Shown here piece by piece: positions 1 to 9,908 of a DNA stretch of 64,000 nt. The position numbers and the translations under genes were made by a program. Each line of letters starts with the position of its first letter. Position 1 is the stretch's first letter. The notes beneath the pieces are model-generated. The model did not search any database and was not told where the DNA came from. It worked only from the letters and a program-made list of their open reading frames with translations. This stretch comes from a virus: the IMG/VR virus record IMGVR_UViG_3300017788_003020, positions 1 to 64,000 of that record; one strand, written 5' to 3'.

Positions 1-1051
1 ACTTAATCTTTGAGCTCACGGATTTTTTCTCGGTTATTTCTTTCACAACCTGAACTTCTTTCTTTGTTAATGTATAGTTCTTTTTATCGGTTCCAAGCCA
101 ATCTCCATATCCCTTCCATCCTTTGCCTTTGTATGCTATATTAGGATTACTTGGAATATCATGGGGTCTCTTACCAGACTTGGAATATTCTTTCCATTCT
201 TTTACACCTTTGAGTCCTAAACTCCGCACAAACTCTCTTGCTTCTTCAAAGGAAAAGAACTCTCTATCAAACGATGCTATATTTCCAGTTCCAAGCCAAT
301 CTCCATATCCCTTCCAACCTTTGCCTTTGTATGTTTCATAAGGCGCACTTGGAATATTATGAGGTCTCTTACCAGACTTGGAATATTCTTTCCATTCTTT
401 TACACTTTTAATATTCAGGCTTCTCACAAACTCTCTTGCTTCTTCAAAAGAAAGGAACTCTATATCCTGATTTGCAATTCTCCCAGTCCCAAGGAAATCT
501 CCCCATCCTTTCCAACCTTTGCCTTTGTATTCTCTATCAGGTGCACTTGGAATATTATGAGGTCTCTTACCAGACTTGGAATATTCTTGCCATTCTGTTT
601 GACCTTTAATGTTCAGGCTTCTCACAAACTCTCTTGCTTCTTCAAAGGGAAAGAACTCTCTATTAAATGTTGCTATGGTTCCAGTTCCAAGCCAATCGCC
701 CAATCCTTTCCAACCTTTTCCTTTGTATGCTATATTAGGAGAACTTGGAATATTATGAGGTCTCTTACCAGACTTGGAATATTCTTGCCATTCTCTTTCA
801 CCTTTAATGTTCAGGCTTCTTACAAACTCTCTTGCTTGTTCATAAGGAAGGAAATCTTTATATCCACCTTCTCTTCCAAAGAAATCTTTAAATCCTTTCC
901 AACCTTTTTCTTTGTATGTTTCATAAGGCGCACTTGGAACATCATGTGGTCTCTTACCAGACTTGGAATATTCTTTCCATTCTTCTACACCTTTAATATC
1001 CAGGCTTCTCACAAACTCTCTTGCTTCTTCAAATTCTCTAAATTTTTTCAT
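1..1051 (-). CDS. Integrase-repeat (INT_rpt-like) tandem-repeat protein, runs off the left edge (missed by the ORF track)
   Basis: Manual minus-strand translation from ATG at 1051: MKKFREFEEAREFVRSLDIKGVEEWKEYSKSGKRPHDVPSAPYETYKEKGWKG...; open to base 1; AAGGAG RBS and TATATTTG promoter upstream. Confidence 0.85.
   Translation of the reverse strand, partial: MKKFREFEEAREFVRSLDIKGVEEWKEYSKSGKRPHDVPSAPYETYKEKGWKGFKDFFGREGGYKDFLPYEQAREFVRSLNIKGEREWQEYSKSGKRPHNIPSSPNIAYKGKGWKGLGDWLGTGTIATFNREFFPFEEAREFVRSLNIKGQTEWQEYSKSGKRPHNIPSAPDREYKGKGWKGWGDFLGTGRIANQDIEFLSFEEAREFVRSLNIKSVKEWKEYSKSGKRPHNIPSAPYETYKGKGWKGYGDWLGTGNIASFDREFFSFEEAREFVRSLGLKGVKEWKEYSKSGKRPHDIPSNPNIAYKGKGWKGYGDWLGTDKKNYTLTKKEVQVVKEITEKKSVSSKIK
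90..1045 (-). repeat. Five tandem 198-nt (66-aa) repeats
   Basis: ACCAGACTTGGAATATTC recurs at 173, 371, 569, 767, 956. Confidence 0.95.
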
Positions 1052-1088
1052 AACATAACTCCTTAAATAATTGAACAAATAATAATTA

Positions 1089-1119
1089 CAAATATAGTTT
1101 ATTTCTGAATACAATCCAA
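1089..1119 (-). promoter_or_regulatory. Host-type (Bacteroidota-like -33/-7) promoter
   Basis: Minus strand TTG...TATATTTG upstream of ATG 1051. Confidence 0.65.
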
Positions 1120-1152
1120 GTTTTTTTTGAAAAAAATTTTAGTAATGGGGAT

Positions 1153-1821
1153 TTAAGCGGAAATATCGCCTAAAAAATTAAGGAGTTCGTCTAAGTATTC
1201 TGGGGAGGTAAGCTCGAACGCTTTTTTCTTGTTTATGTGGGTTAAACTTTTCTTGTCGCTAAATAAGAATAGAGGAATAGATTTTTCTTTACAATAAAGT
1301 ATTAAATCATAGAAGTCTAATTTATAGTCAGAATTATCTTTTAATTCTTTTAGCAAATCTAATATCTGCGGAGCTCCAATTTCATTTGGATTCTCGATAT
1401 AAATATAAGCTTCTATGATATATTCAGAAGCGTTTGGCACAAACTCATCTTTGCTGATTAATCTATCTTCTGCTTCTTTATTCGGCATAGTATGAATATA
1501 ACTATGCATATCTCTCCAATGATTAAATTTCTTGGACTTGTATCTTTGATTTAATTTCCAACCATCTATCTTAAAAACAACTGAACAGAATCGTGGATTA
1601 ACGAATTGTGGATAACCGCTTGTTGTTGTTCTTGCAAAAGACATTCTAAAAAGATAATCAGAAGACATAGCTTCCATATCATCTTGAGCCCAAGCTAAAT
1701 TAAATCTATCGCTTTTGAAGATTTGTATTGCTTTTTCTAATGTAGTTACATGGTAAAGAATTTCTGAAAACCCTTCATTTATAGATTCTTTCCAATTAGG
1801 GAATGTCTTTATGTAATTCAT
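1153..1821 (-). CDS. Leader-bearing putative virion cargo protein, possible ADP-ribosyltransferase fold
   Basis: MNYIKTFPNWKESINE leader then LYHVT...SFART...EAEDR; GATATATA (minus) at 1844-1851. Confidence 0.55.
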   Translation of the reverse strand: MNYIKTFPNWKESINEGFSEILYHVTTLEKAIQIFKSDRFNLAWAQDDMEAMSSDYLFRMSFARTTTSGYPQFVNPRFCSVVFKIDGWKLNQRYKSKKFNHWRDMHSYIHTMPNKEAEDRLISKDEFVPNASEYIIEAYIYIENPNEIGAPQILDLLKELKDNSDYKLDFYDLILYCKEKSIPLFLFSDKKSLTHINKKKAFELTSPEYLDELLNFLGDISA

Positions 1822-1917
1822 GTTGTTTTTAATTTTACATCATTATATATCTTTTTTAGTAGAAATTCTAAACAAATAATAGAAATTCAACTATAAATAA
1901 AAAATAAAAGAGTTACT

Positions 1918-2148
1918 ATGAATAGTCAGAAGACTAATGACAAAATGCAATTAGATATTTCTAATGCGAGCGATTTACTTTGTTCAAGCTGTGGGCATAA
2001 CTTATTCCAACCTGTTCTTATGTTCAAGAAAGTTTCAGCAATAATTTCTCCTACTGGGGAAGAAATGCTTATACCGATAGAAACTTGCGTTTGCGTAAAG
2101 TGTGGTAATATGAATGACGAATTTAATCCTGAAAAAAGAATGCCTTAA
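1918..2148 (+). CDS. Small zinc-ribbon protein
   Basis: CSSC and CVKC pairs; TAAAC-N18-TATA upstream. Confidence 0.7.
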   Translation: MNSQKTNDKMQLDISNASDLLCSSCGHNLFQPVLMFKKVSAIISPTGEEMLIPIETCVCVKCGNMNDEFNPEKRMP

Positions 2149-2175
2149 AAGATTTTGGACTAAATTGTAAAATTA

Positions 2176-2262
2176 AGCCTAATTTACTAAGAATCTTCTG
2201 TCTATTTTTGAATATATCGTTTATATTTGAAGAAAGAAGATTAAAAGAAAGTTAGGTTTTTT
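2176..2262 (+). terminator. Long imperfect hairpin with U-tail
   Basis: AAGCCTAATTT/AAGTTAGGTTT and AATCTTCT/AGAAGATT arms followed by T-run. Confidence 0.55.
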
Positions 2263-2385
2263 TATTTTTTTCTTGCGTTTAGTCCGCTTTTCTCTTATAT
2301 TCGTAAAGATTATTATTTGATTTGAACTATGTTATCGGAATTTTAGTGTTCAATTTTATTTTTTAACAACCATTTAGGAGGCCTT

Positions 2386-3600
2386 ATGAAAAAAGGAAAT
2401 TACATCTGGACAAGCGAATATGTTTCTCCAGGCCACCCCGACAAAATAGCAGACCAAATATCAGATGCTATTTTAGACTTGTATCTAAAACATGACAAAG
2501 GTGCAAAAGTAGCATGCGAAACCTTGGTAAAGGGAAATGATGTATACATCGCAGGTGAAATTTCATCAGTAGTTACACTTTTTGAATCATCGCTCGAAGA
2601 GAAAATTCGACAAACTATATGTGATATAGGGTATGATGATAATCATTTGAAGTTTAACGGAAAAACATGTTCTATACATTTTAATATTTCTCAACAATCA
2701 AGAGAAATTTCAAATGCTGTTACCCGTGCTAACAAAATAACTGCGGGTGACCAAGGAATTATGTTTGGATATGCTACAAGAGAAACTCCAAACTTTATGC
2801 CTCTACCGATTTATCTCGCAAAGTCTTTTATAACAGAAGCTTATGATAATATGAATACGAAGTATAAGTTTAGACCTGATATGAAAAGTCAGGTTTCACT
2901 TGAATATAAAGATGGTATCCCTTCTTCTATTCATTCGGTAGTATTTTCAACTTGTCACGAAGAACTACTCCAACTTCCACAGTTAAGAGAATTATTCCAT
3001 GATGAATTGATGCCAAGTGTATTAAAAACACTACCTCCTGAAATTCAAGCTCTTTTTAATGATAATACTACCTTTTATATCAATCCAGCAGGTAAATGGA
3101 ATATTGGAGGCCCTGCCTCAGATTGTGGATTGACTGGGCGTAAAATTGTCGTGGACCAATACGGAGCAGACTGCGAAATAGGAGGAGGAGCATTTTCTGG
3201 AAAAGACCCAAGTAAAGTTGATAGAAGCGGAGCTTATATGGCTCGCCATATAGCCCTAAAAACGCTACAATCGAACCCAGAGGCTCAAAAAATCAAAGTT
3301 CAACTATCATATGCCATTGGGTATGAATATCCCGTATCATACAGAATTTTTGACCCAACTACTCAGAAGGAATATGATTTAGTCGGCTTTAGTCTTGATG
3401 ATTTGAAACCAAAGGGTATAATTCAAAAACTTGGATTAGACTCTCCAATTTACCTCAAAACCGCAAAATTCGGTCATTTTGGTATCCCTTCCTTTACTGA
3501 AGATGGAACCGCTTATTTCAAGTGGGAAGATTTCCAGCCAAGTTCTTCTAATTCTCAGATATATACTGAAAAAGAAGAACTTTCAAATGCGCCATATTAA
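2386..3600 (+). CDS. metK: S-adenosylmethionine synthetase
   Basis: GHPDKIADQISD, GDQGIMFGYA, GGGAFSGKDPSKVDRSGAY; AGGAG RBS. Confidence 0.97.
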   Translation: MKKGNYIWTSEYVSPGHPDKIADQISDAILDLYLKHDKGAKVACETLVKGNDVYIAGEISSVVTLFESSLEEKIRQTICDIGYDDNHLKFNGKTCSIHFNISQQSREISNAVTRANKITAGDQGIMFGYATRETPNFMPLPIYLAKSFITEAYDNMNTKYKFRPDMKSQVSLEYKDGIPSSIHSVVFSTCHEELLQLPQLRELFHDELMPSVLKTLPPEIQALFNDNTTFYINPAGKWNIGGPASDCGLTGRKIVVDQYGADCEIGGGAFSGKDPSKVDRSGAYMARHIALKTLQSNPEAQKIKVQLSYAIGYEYPVSYRIFDPTTQKEYDLVGFSLDDLKPKGIIQKLGLDSPIYLKTAKFGHFGIPSFTEDGTAYFKWEDFQPSSSNSQIYTEKEELSNAPY

Positions 3601-4123
3601 ACTATACGAAGAATTTTCAGAATACAGCCCTGACGGTGTAACATTGTCGGGGCGTATTCCTGTTTATCATTTTACAGATTATGATATGGGAGAATATGCC
3701 GTATTAGACCCGAATGAAACTGTAAACAAAAGAAATTTCTGGTCTAATAATGATTACAAACGTTCAGATTTCCCAAGAGTATTTTATTTTACAGATATTA
3801 AAAACGTAGAAACTGCAATTAAAAATTCAAGCAAGTATCTTTATAGGGGATTTGTAAAGGGAGAAAGGATACTTCATTTGAAAAATACAATAGATGCATA
3901 TAATATAGATAAGAATAGCTTAAAGGAACAAAACATTAAAGCATATGAATCTATTCATAATTTTATGGTAGGTTTAGCTCTTAATTTTGATGTTTTGTTT
4001 AGAGATGTAAGTCTCAATTTCGATGGGATTTACTATGATGTAAGAGTTCCTATTATCAATCTATTCATCCCTCTTGAAGTAGAAAATATAGGTAAGGATA
4101 TAGACGCAAAATCTGTTGCATAA
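3587..4123 (+). CDS. Leader-bearing putative virion cargo protein (start revised to 3587)
   Basis: MRHIKLYEEFSE; GATATATA at 3558-3565 inside the metK 3' end; VYHFT motif weakly ART-like. Confidence 0.65.
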   Translation: MRHIKLYEEFSEYSPDGVTLSGRIPVYHFTDYDMGEYAVLDPNETVNKRNFWSNNDYKRSDFPRVFYFTDIKNVETAIKNSSKYLYRGFVKGERILHLKNTIDAYNIDKNSLKEQNIKAYESIHNFMVGLALNFDVLFRDVSLNFDGIYYDVRVPIINLFIPLEVENIGKDIDAKSVA

Positions 4124-4162
4124 ATCTGCACCAGAAAAAGCATAAAAATAAAAAAATATAAT

Positions 4163-4930
4163 ATGAAAATTACAAGAACACTTAAAACAGGAATGAGCGG
4201 GGATGATATAAAGTTTTTGCAGGATTCTCTGAACTCAATAGGTAATTATGGTCTAACTATAACTGGAACATTCGATAGTTCTACAGAATCTGTTGTTAAA
4301 GCATTCCAAAAAAACAATGGTCTTACATCAGATGGTATCGTTGGACAAATGACAAGAAATGCTATCATAAGTAAATTAACTGTTGCATCTAAGCCATCTG
4401 AATCTAAGCCATCTTCAATTACAGAAGCAATTTTAGAAACTGCACAGTCTTTTGTAGGCCAAAAAGAAATTTCTGGTAATATGGGATTTAAGCAACCATT
4501 TTTTCTAAAACTTATGGAAAGTATCGGATGGAAAAAGTCTTGGGCATGGTGTAGTATGTTCTGTAAATTGGTTTATACAGAAGCAAGTAAGAAAGTAGGT
4601 CTTGACCCTAAACTTATCACAAAATATATTTCTCCAAGCGTTCAGCAAACAAGAGCTAACTTTTTGAAAGCGGGATATCCTCTCATAACTAATTGGAAAC
4701 AAGCCAAGCCTGGTGCGTATATTTCTTGGGTAAGTGCATCCGACAAAACAAAAGGTCACACTGGAATTCTTGTTGAATTTATTGAGAATGGTCAAAAGAT
4801 GATTACGATTGAAGGAAATACTAATTCAGAAGGTTCAAGAGAAGGTGATTCTGTTGCAAAGAAAACACGACAAGCAGTTGTTGGAAGTGGGAAAGGACTA
4901 ATCCTTCAGGGTTGGTTTAATGTTGTTTAA
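4163..4930 (+). CDS. Peptidoglycan-binding domain plus CHAP amidase (endolysin-like)
   Basis: VKAFQKNNGLTSDGIVG (PG_binding_1); AWCSMF...GHTGI...TIEGNT (CHAP Cys/His). Confidence 0.9.
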   Translation: MKITRTLKTGMSGDDIKFLQDSLNSIGNYGLTITGTFDSSTESVVKAFQKNNGLTSDGIVGQMTRNAIISKLTVASKPSESKPSSITEAILETAQSFVGQKEISGNMGFKQPFFLKLMESIGWKKSWAWCSMFCKLVYTEASKKVGLDPKLITKYISPSVQQTRANFLKAGYPLITNWKQAKPGAYISWVSASDKTKGHTGILVEFIENGQKMITIEGNTNSEGSREGDSVAKKTRQAVVGSGKGLILQGWFNVV

Positions 4931-4953
4931 GATGAATCTAACCAATAAAAACA

Positions 4954-4980
4954 AAAGCACCCTTTGAGGTGCTTTTTTTA
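4954..4980. terminator. Bidirectional intrinsic terminator
   Basis: AAAAGCAC...GTGCTTTTT between convergent genes. Confidence 0.75.
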
Positions 4981-4997
4981 TTTATATTGTGTTATTT

Positions 4998-5531
4998 TTA
5001 ATTTAATAGAGATTTCACATCTTCTATTATGACTTCATACCGTTCATCCATTCTTTCTGCTCCATATTGGAGTAAAAGTTCTATTAATTCTGGGCCTACT
5101 TTAAGAGCAAAATCAAGTGGAAACTCATTTGAATGGTTACACACATTTGGATTAGCACCCCAATCTAAGAGTTTTTGAGCGCAATCAATATAACCAAAAT
5201 TACAAGCAATAATAATTGCTCTATAACCTAAGTCATCAGAAAACTCTATATCATCACCCATTCTTAATAGTTTGCTGATTGCATTTGCATGTCCATATTG
5301 AGAAGCCATCAGTAAAAAAGAATTTGCATATTCTTTCTTAAACCTATTATTTATTTTCATTATTTCTTTTTCTTTATTACAGAAATAAATAGAGTCCAAT
5401 AACAAGTCTACATTTGGAAATCTTTTCTCATATGAAGACATTTCTACTTTGATAATATCAAGTAATTCTTCATCACTAAAACTAACAAGTTCAAATTTGG
5501 TATAACTATTGTTAAAAGTATGCTTATTCAT
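4998..5531 (-). CDS. Ankyrin-repeat protein
   Basis: LMASQYGH...LLRMGDDI; IACNFGY..KLLDWGANPN; start probably MNKHTF at 5531. Confidence 0.8.
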   Translation of the reverse strand: MNKHTFNNSYTKFELVSFSDEELLDIIKVEMSSYEKRFPNVDLLLDSIYFCNKEKEIMKINNRFKKEYANSFLLMASQYGHANAISKLLRMGDDIEFSDDLGYRAIIIACNFGYIDCAQKLLDWGANPNVCNHSNEFPLDFALKVGPELIELLLQYGAERMDERYEVIIEDVKSLLN

Positions 5532-5616
5532 TATTTTTTTAATTATTTGAATATAGATGTAAGAATCTACAAAACCCACAGAAATAAAAAACTCCTATGG
5601 GTTTTATATCTATATA

Positions 5617-7086
5617 TTATCGTATGTTGATAGATTCTATAACTAAATCTGATGTGTGCATTCCATTATGTTTATACACAGAAATAGAATAAGATTGAGC
5701 TTTGTTTATTTCAAATTCGAATGACATTGTGGTTCTACCACTCTTTGTTGTTTTTCTACAACAACCACCATCACATCCTTCTTCTTTCATTTGATGGTCT
5801 GAACCGAAGAATGTCATGAATCCGCCAAATGAGGGTATACTTGGGTGAGGGATAATTCCTTTTGGTAAGTTTGCATACACTTCATATACTCCTCTTGGTT
5901 TCTTTGTAAAAGAAACTGTTACTCTACATAAGACCTTTTTTTGACTTTTGTTTAGAGTTTGTTGGGGCATATCAATAGTAAAGTCTGTTCTTTTTCCAGA
6001 TACACTAATGTTAACTTTTTTTGAAATCCCAATAGAAGTTATCGCTGATAGTATTTGATTTTCTTTTTTTGATTTTACCTTTGTATCATCAAAATCGTAA
6101 TCTAAATCATAGATGATGCCTATTATTTGTTCTGGGGTGTAAACGACCTTTTTTCCATGCTCATCAAAGAACACATAGTCCCATGGAACTGATTTTAATT
6201 CTTCAAGCGTGATTAATTTTCCATTTTCTGAATTTGTCCATTGTTGCCAAATTCTATCAATATTTGAATGATGTGTCCAGAAAACAGGGTCAAATCCAGC
6301 AGTTCTAACTGAGCCCATAAGTCCATCTGGGGTTATAGTTCCTGTAATTGGATTGTTAAATCTTTTTTCTGTTGTATCATTTCCATGTCCAACATAATCA
6401 TGTATAGCTCCATGAGGAGCGGCATCTATAACATTACTAAACATATCAAATCGTGTATATGACATTAGTTTTGTTAAATCAAGTGAGCGTTCCACTTCGC
6501 CTTGCATTGGGAATCCTAAATTCAAACTATCAAATCTACATGCTTCATAAAGAGAAGAAGCCGTTGTTCTGAATGCAGGATGTAAAGATTTATCCTTAGT
6601 GGAGTTATTTGTATATGCCCAATAAGGAAGTGCAAATTCAGGATAGCCAGATAGTTTCCTGATTATTTTCTCGAAGTGATAGATATACAATCTATGCCAT
6701 ACTAAAAAATGAATTTTCTCTTTACTGCTTGGAGAGTGAGTACAATTATCCCAAGCTATTTTTTTATCAGTAAATGTATGATATGATTCGCAAAGAGGAT
6801 TATTTGAAATTGAATCTGGAACCCAGTGGATGGCCGATTGATAATACCAACTTAAAGGATTATCACATGGCATTTTCCGCATTATTTCCATTGCTTTCAT
6901 CATAGCATCAACATCTTTTTTAGCTTCGATGCTATGTATATTTTTTCTAACATATCTTTTTTCTACTTGTGAGACTATATTAAAGACTGGAATAACACTA
7001 ATTACAATTGAACAAGCAACAAATATCAAAATTGTTGATATTGCAATTAGAAATATCTTTTCTTCAAATTTTTCAAATTTACTCAT
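5617..7086 (-). CDS. Tyrosinase / polyphenol oxidase (type-3 copper), N-terminal membrane anchor
   Basis: CuA: QSAIHW, CTH, FLVWHRLY; CuB: PHGAIH, DPVFWTHHSNIDRIW. Confidence 0.93.
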   Translation of the reverse strand: MSKFEKFEEKIFLIAISTILIFVACSIVISVIPVFNIVSQVEKRYVRKNIHSIEAKKDVDAMMKAMEIMRKMPCDNPLSWYYQSAIHWVPDSISNNPLCESYHTFTDKKIAWDNCTHSPSSKEKIHFLVWHRLYIYHFEKIIRKLSGYPEFALPYWAYTNNSTKDKSLHPAFRTTASSLYEACRFDSLNLGFPMQGEVERSLDLTKLMSYTRFDMFSNVIDAAPHGAIHDYVGHGNDTTEKRFNNPITGTITPDGLMGSVRTAGFDPVFWTHHSNIDRIWQQWTNSENGKLITLEELKSVPWDYVFFDEHGKKVVYTPEQIIGIIYDLDYDFDDTKVKSKKENQILSAITSIGISKKVNISVSGKRTDFTIDMPQQTLNKSQKKVLCRVTVSFTKKPRGVYEVYANLPKGIIPHPSIPSFGGFMTFFGSDHQMKEEGCDGGCCRKTTKSGRTTMSFEFEINKAQSYSISVYKHNGMHTSDLVIESINIR

Positions 7087-7113
7087 AAAAACCTTTTATT
7101 TTTATTTTTAATT

Positions 7114-7662
7114 CTATGCATTTGCAGGAATTAAATTTGATTTTGTGATTAGTTTGTCAGAAATAACTTTTAATTGATTTTGGTTATATTCTGTTATATC
7201 TTTTGAGAGTATAATATTAGAAATTTTACAGAGGTCTATTGTTTTAACTAAGGTTATTGTATCTTCTCTGTTGCTTCTTCTATAAAATTTATAGAGAGTT
7301 GGCTCAGTATAAAACCTATCGACATCTGTGCATTTTTCTTCAATTAATTTTATGAGTTTAGTTCTTTTAACTACTACCCAATAATCAAGTGTCTCAAATA
7401 CTATAAAGTTAGATTGACCATATAGCCAACCATTTTGACCATATACATTACGCAATTCTACCCAATGTATATTTTCATCAAACTCTTCATCATGCCTATT
7501 TTTCTTTCTTAATCCTTTAACATCGAACTTTGTGTCATATAAAGCAATATCCCAATGTTCATACATATCTTCATTTTGATTTGCTTCTCTGACTTCTCCA
7601 AAATGTTCAAGAAATTGAGCAAATTTCTTTTCTACCTCTTTTCCTTTTTTAAGAAAACTCAT
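7114..7662 (-). CDS. PD-(D/E)XK-like nuclease
   Basis: E..F...EHWD...FDVK motif arrangement. Confidence 0.6.
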   Translation of the reverse strand: MSFLKKGKEVEKKFAQFLEHFGEVREANQNEDMYEHWDIALYDTKFDVKGLRKKNRHDEEFDENIHWVELRNVYGQNGWLYGQSNFIVFETLDYWVVVKRTKLIKLIEEKCTDVDRFYTEPTLYKFYRRSNREDTITLVKTIDLCKISNIILSKDITEYNQNQLKVISDKLITKSNLIPANA

Positions 7663-7681
7663 GGTAATTCCTGAATAGGAT

Positions 7682-8125
7682 TTATTCTTCTATTCTAAGA
7701 ATAGATTGAGATAGAATTTCTTTAGTTTTATTGAAATCGCCTGTGATTGTATCTTGAATCAATCGAAAGTTAAGATTTCCAGTTTCTTCATCTTGACCTA
7801 AGAAAACAAATGAAAGATTATATCTGGCATCTTTAACATAACTTTTCTCATCATTTTTAATTTCAACAATATTTTTTCTTTCTTGAATATCCTCATCCAT
7901 CATTTTATTGACAATTTCTTGATATTCTTTTGTTGGAGTTGCCAGACTATAAAGAATTTGCTTTGCTTCCTCTTCAGGAGTGATAAGTGTGATTATGCCA
8001 TTTTCATCTGAGACATAATTCAAATTTTCTTCAATCGGAGAAACTTCTCCATGAAAAATATAAATAGGAATGGATAAAATATCCGCTTCCACATTATAAA
8101 CCTTTTCGTTTTGCACGTCTTGCAT
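7682..8125 (-). CDS. Hypothetical protein (start probably MQDVQNE)
   Basis: ORF; revised start avoids overlap with upstream gene. Confidence 0.6.
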   Translation of the reverse strand: MQDVQNEKVYNVEADILSIPIYIFHGEVSPIEENLNYVSDENGIITLITPEEEAKQILYSLATPTKEYQEIVNKMMDEDIQERKNIVEIKNDEKSYVKDARYNLSFVFLGQDEETGNLNFRLIQDTITGDFNKTKEILSQSILRIEE

Positions 8126-8147
8126 AAGGGTTTCCTTATATTTATTT

Positions 8148-8471
8148 TTAGATGAAATTCTTGTCGTAGTTAAACTCTTCAACTTGGAGTTTGTGAAATT
8201 CAAATGCACGCATTCCAGTTATATGGCTATCGGTTGGAAAAAAGTATTTCCAACCTTTACTCATCCCATTGGGGATATAATAAAAGAAAGCTATTCCTTG
8301 TTTTCCTGAATTTTTAGAAAAAATAACTGATGCTGTATGGTCGCTCGTTGGTATTATTTTCTGTATTGTAAAACTCTCCGAGTTAAAATTCATTTCTCGG
8401 TCAGCTCTACTGAATCTGCTTTCAACCACTTTTGCAAATTCGTATAGTTCTTTTGCAATTTCTTTTTTCAT
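8148..8471 (-). CDS. Hypothetical phage protein
   Basis: ORF with promoter motifs at 8497-8534. Confidence 0.7.
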   Translation of the reverse strand: MKKEIAKELYEFAKVVESRFSRADREMNFNSESFTIQKIIPTSDHTASVIFSKNSGKQGIAFFYYIPNGMSKGWKYFFPTDSHITGMRAFEFHKLQVEEFNYDKNFI

Positions 8472-8603
8472 ATACTTCTTTTATTTTTAACTATTTAGAT
8501 ATATATCTTATAGAATTTTATTCAAATTTGTTTAGAACTCAATTAAACTTGAGGATATATAAGAAATATGTCTAATTATGGCAAAATTTAATATAAATTC
8601 GTT

Positions 8604-9908
8604 ATGAAATACATCAAACTCTTTGAACAATGGGAATTGAATACTAAATCAAATTCACCTATTTATTTAATCGATGATTCTTCTAATAAAAAAGAAAGAA
8701 GCGTGGAGCAAATGGCATTACATGAAGCTCTTAAACTTAAAATAAACAAAGAGGCTAATGAATTGGTAGTTGTATCGGATTTAGAAGGAAGAGAAGGAAG
8801 TCAAGAAACATTTGCAAATAAAAATGTACTTAAAAATAGCGGTTTTAGATGGAATAAAAATAATTGGACTATAACAGCAGATAAATTTGAAGAAGCTAAA
8901 TCTGTGATAAGTCTTATAAATAAAGTCGATTATATTATTGGTTCTCTTGAAGAACTTGAAGAAATGGTTGAAAATGTAGAAGAGTCCGATAAGAAGAATA
9001 TATTAAAAGCAAGGTTATCTGCATTTATACTTGAATTGGCAAATGCAACAGATGAAACAGTGCTTTCTGAAAAAATCAGGAAATACTTAGACTTTTTCTC
9101 TAAATTCCATAATTATAGTTACAATAACAGAATTTTGATTTATATCCAAAGACCAGATGCAACAAGAGTCGCTTCATATGCGAAATGGAAAGAAAAAAGC
9201 AGACAAGTTAAAAAGGGCGCAAAGGGAATTAGTATATTCGTCCCCATAATTAAAAACAAAGAAGTATCAAAAGAAGATGATGATGCAATAAATGCCGTAG
9301 AGTTTGATGGAGATAATCAAGAAACCAAGGAAATGAAGAAGAGTTTAGTTGGTTATAGAATAGGAGTAGTATTTGATATATCAGATACAGAAGCCGTTGG
9401 GCCAGAAGGTGAAATTCCTGATGCGCCTCAATGGTGGGGCGAAAATACCCCATCTGAAACGGCGGATGAATTGTTCGGTTATGTTTCAGAGATGGCAAAG
9501 GATATGGGAATCAAAATAACAACCGAACAAGCTACAGGAGGGGAACGAGGTTATGCGGCGGGTGACCATATCAATATATCATCAGGAGTAGAGGGCGTTG
9601 GAAGATTATCAACAATGATTCATGAAGTTGCACATGAATTAATGCACTTTAGGAAAAACTCTATATTCTATCAAGGAGAAACGCTTGATTTAACAAAAGA
9701 ATTGATGGAGCTACAAGCAGAGAGTGTATCATATGTTGTATTGAAACATTATGATTTACCTGCAACTCACCATTCTACTTATTTGGCTTTGTGGAAAGCA
9801 AACAAAGATGTTATTGAAGCTAATTTAGCAGTTATTTCAAAAGCTTCTCAATTCATCATTACTAAAATCGATGAACAAGCTGAATTCGCTAAAGAAAAAT
9901 CCTATTAA
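8604..9908 (+). CDS. ArdC-like antirestriction protein (ssDNA-binding domain plus zincin HExxH domain) with cargo leader
   Basis: FHNYSYNNRILIYIQRPDATRVASYAKW...RQVKKG...VFDISDT; HEVAHE...ELQAESVSY; MKYIKLFEQW leader. Confidence 0.88.
   Translation: MKYIKLFEQWELNTKSNSPIYLIDDSSNKKERSVEQMALHEALKLKINKEANELVVVSDLEGREGSQETFANKNVLKNSGFRWNKNNWTITADKFEEAKSVISLINKVDYIIGSLEELEEMVENVEESDKKNILKARLSAFILELANATDETVLSEKIRKYLDFFSKFHNYSYNNRILIYIQRPDATRVASYAKWKEKSRQVKKGAKGISIFVPIIKNKEVSKEDDDAINAVEFDGDNQETKEMKKSLVGYRIGVVFDISDTEAVGPEGEIPDAPQWWGENTPSETADELFGYVSEMAKDMGIKITTEQATGGERGYAAGDHINISSGVEGVGRLSTMIHEVAHELMHFRKNSIFYQGETLDLTKELMELQAESVSYVVLKHYDLPATHHSTYLALWKANKDVIEANLAVISKASQFIITKIDEQAEFAKEKSY

Noticed and set aside
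90-1045. 198-nt repeats as CRISPR array or DGR template/variable repeats
   Set aside because: In-frame coding repeats with no unique spacers; differences are not adenine-specific and no reverse transcriptase or cas gene is in the window.
123-1066. Plus-strand ORFs 123-341 and 359-1066
   Set aside because: Antisense shadows of the minus-strand repeat gene, which has the RBS, promoter and a recognisable domain.
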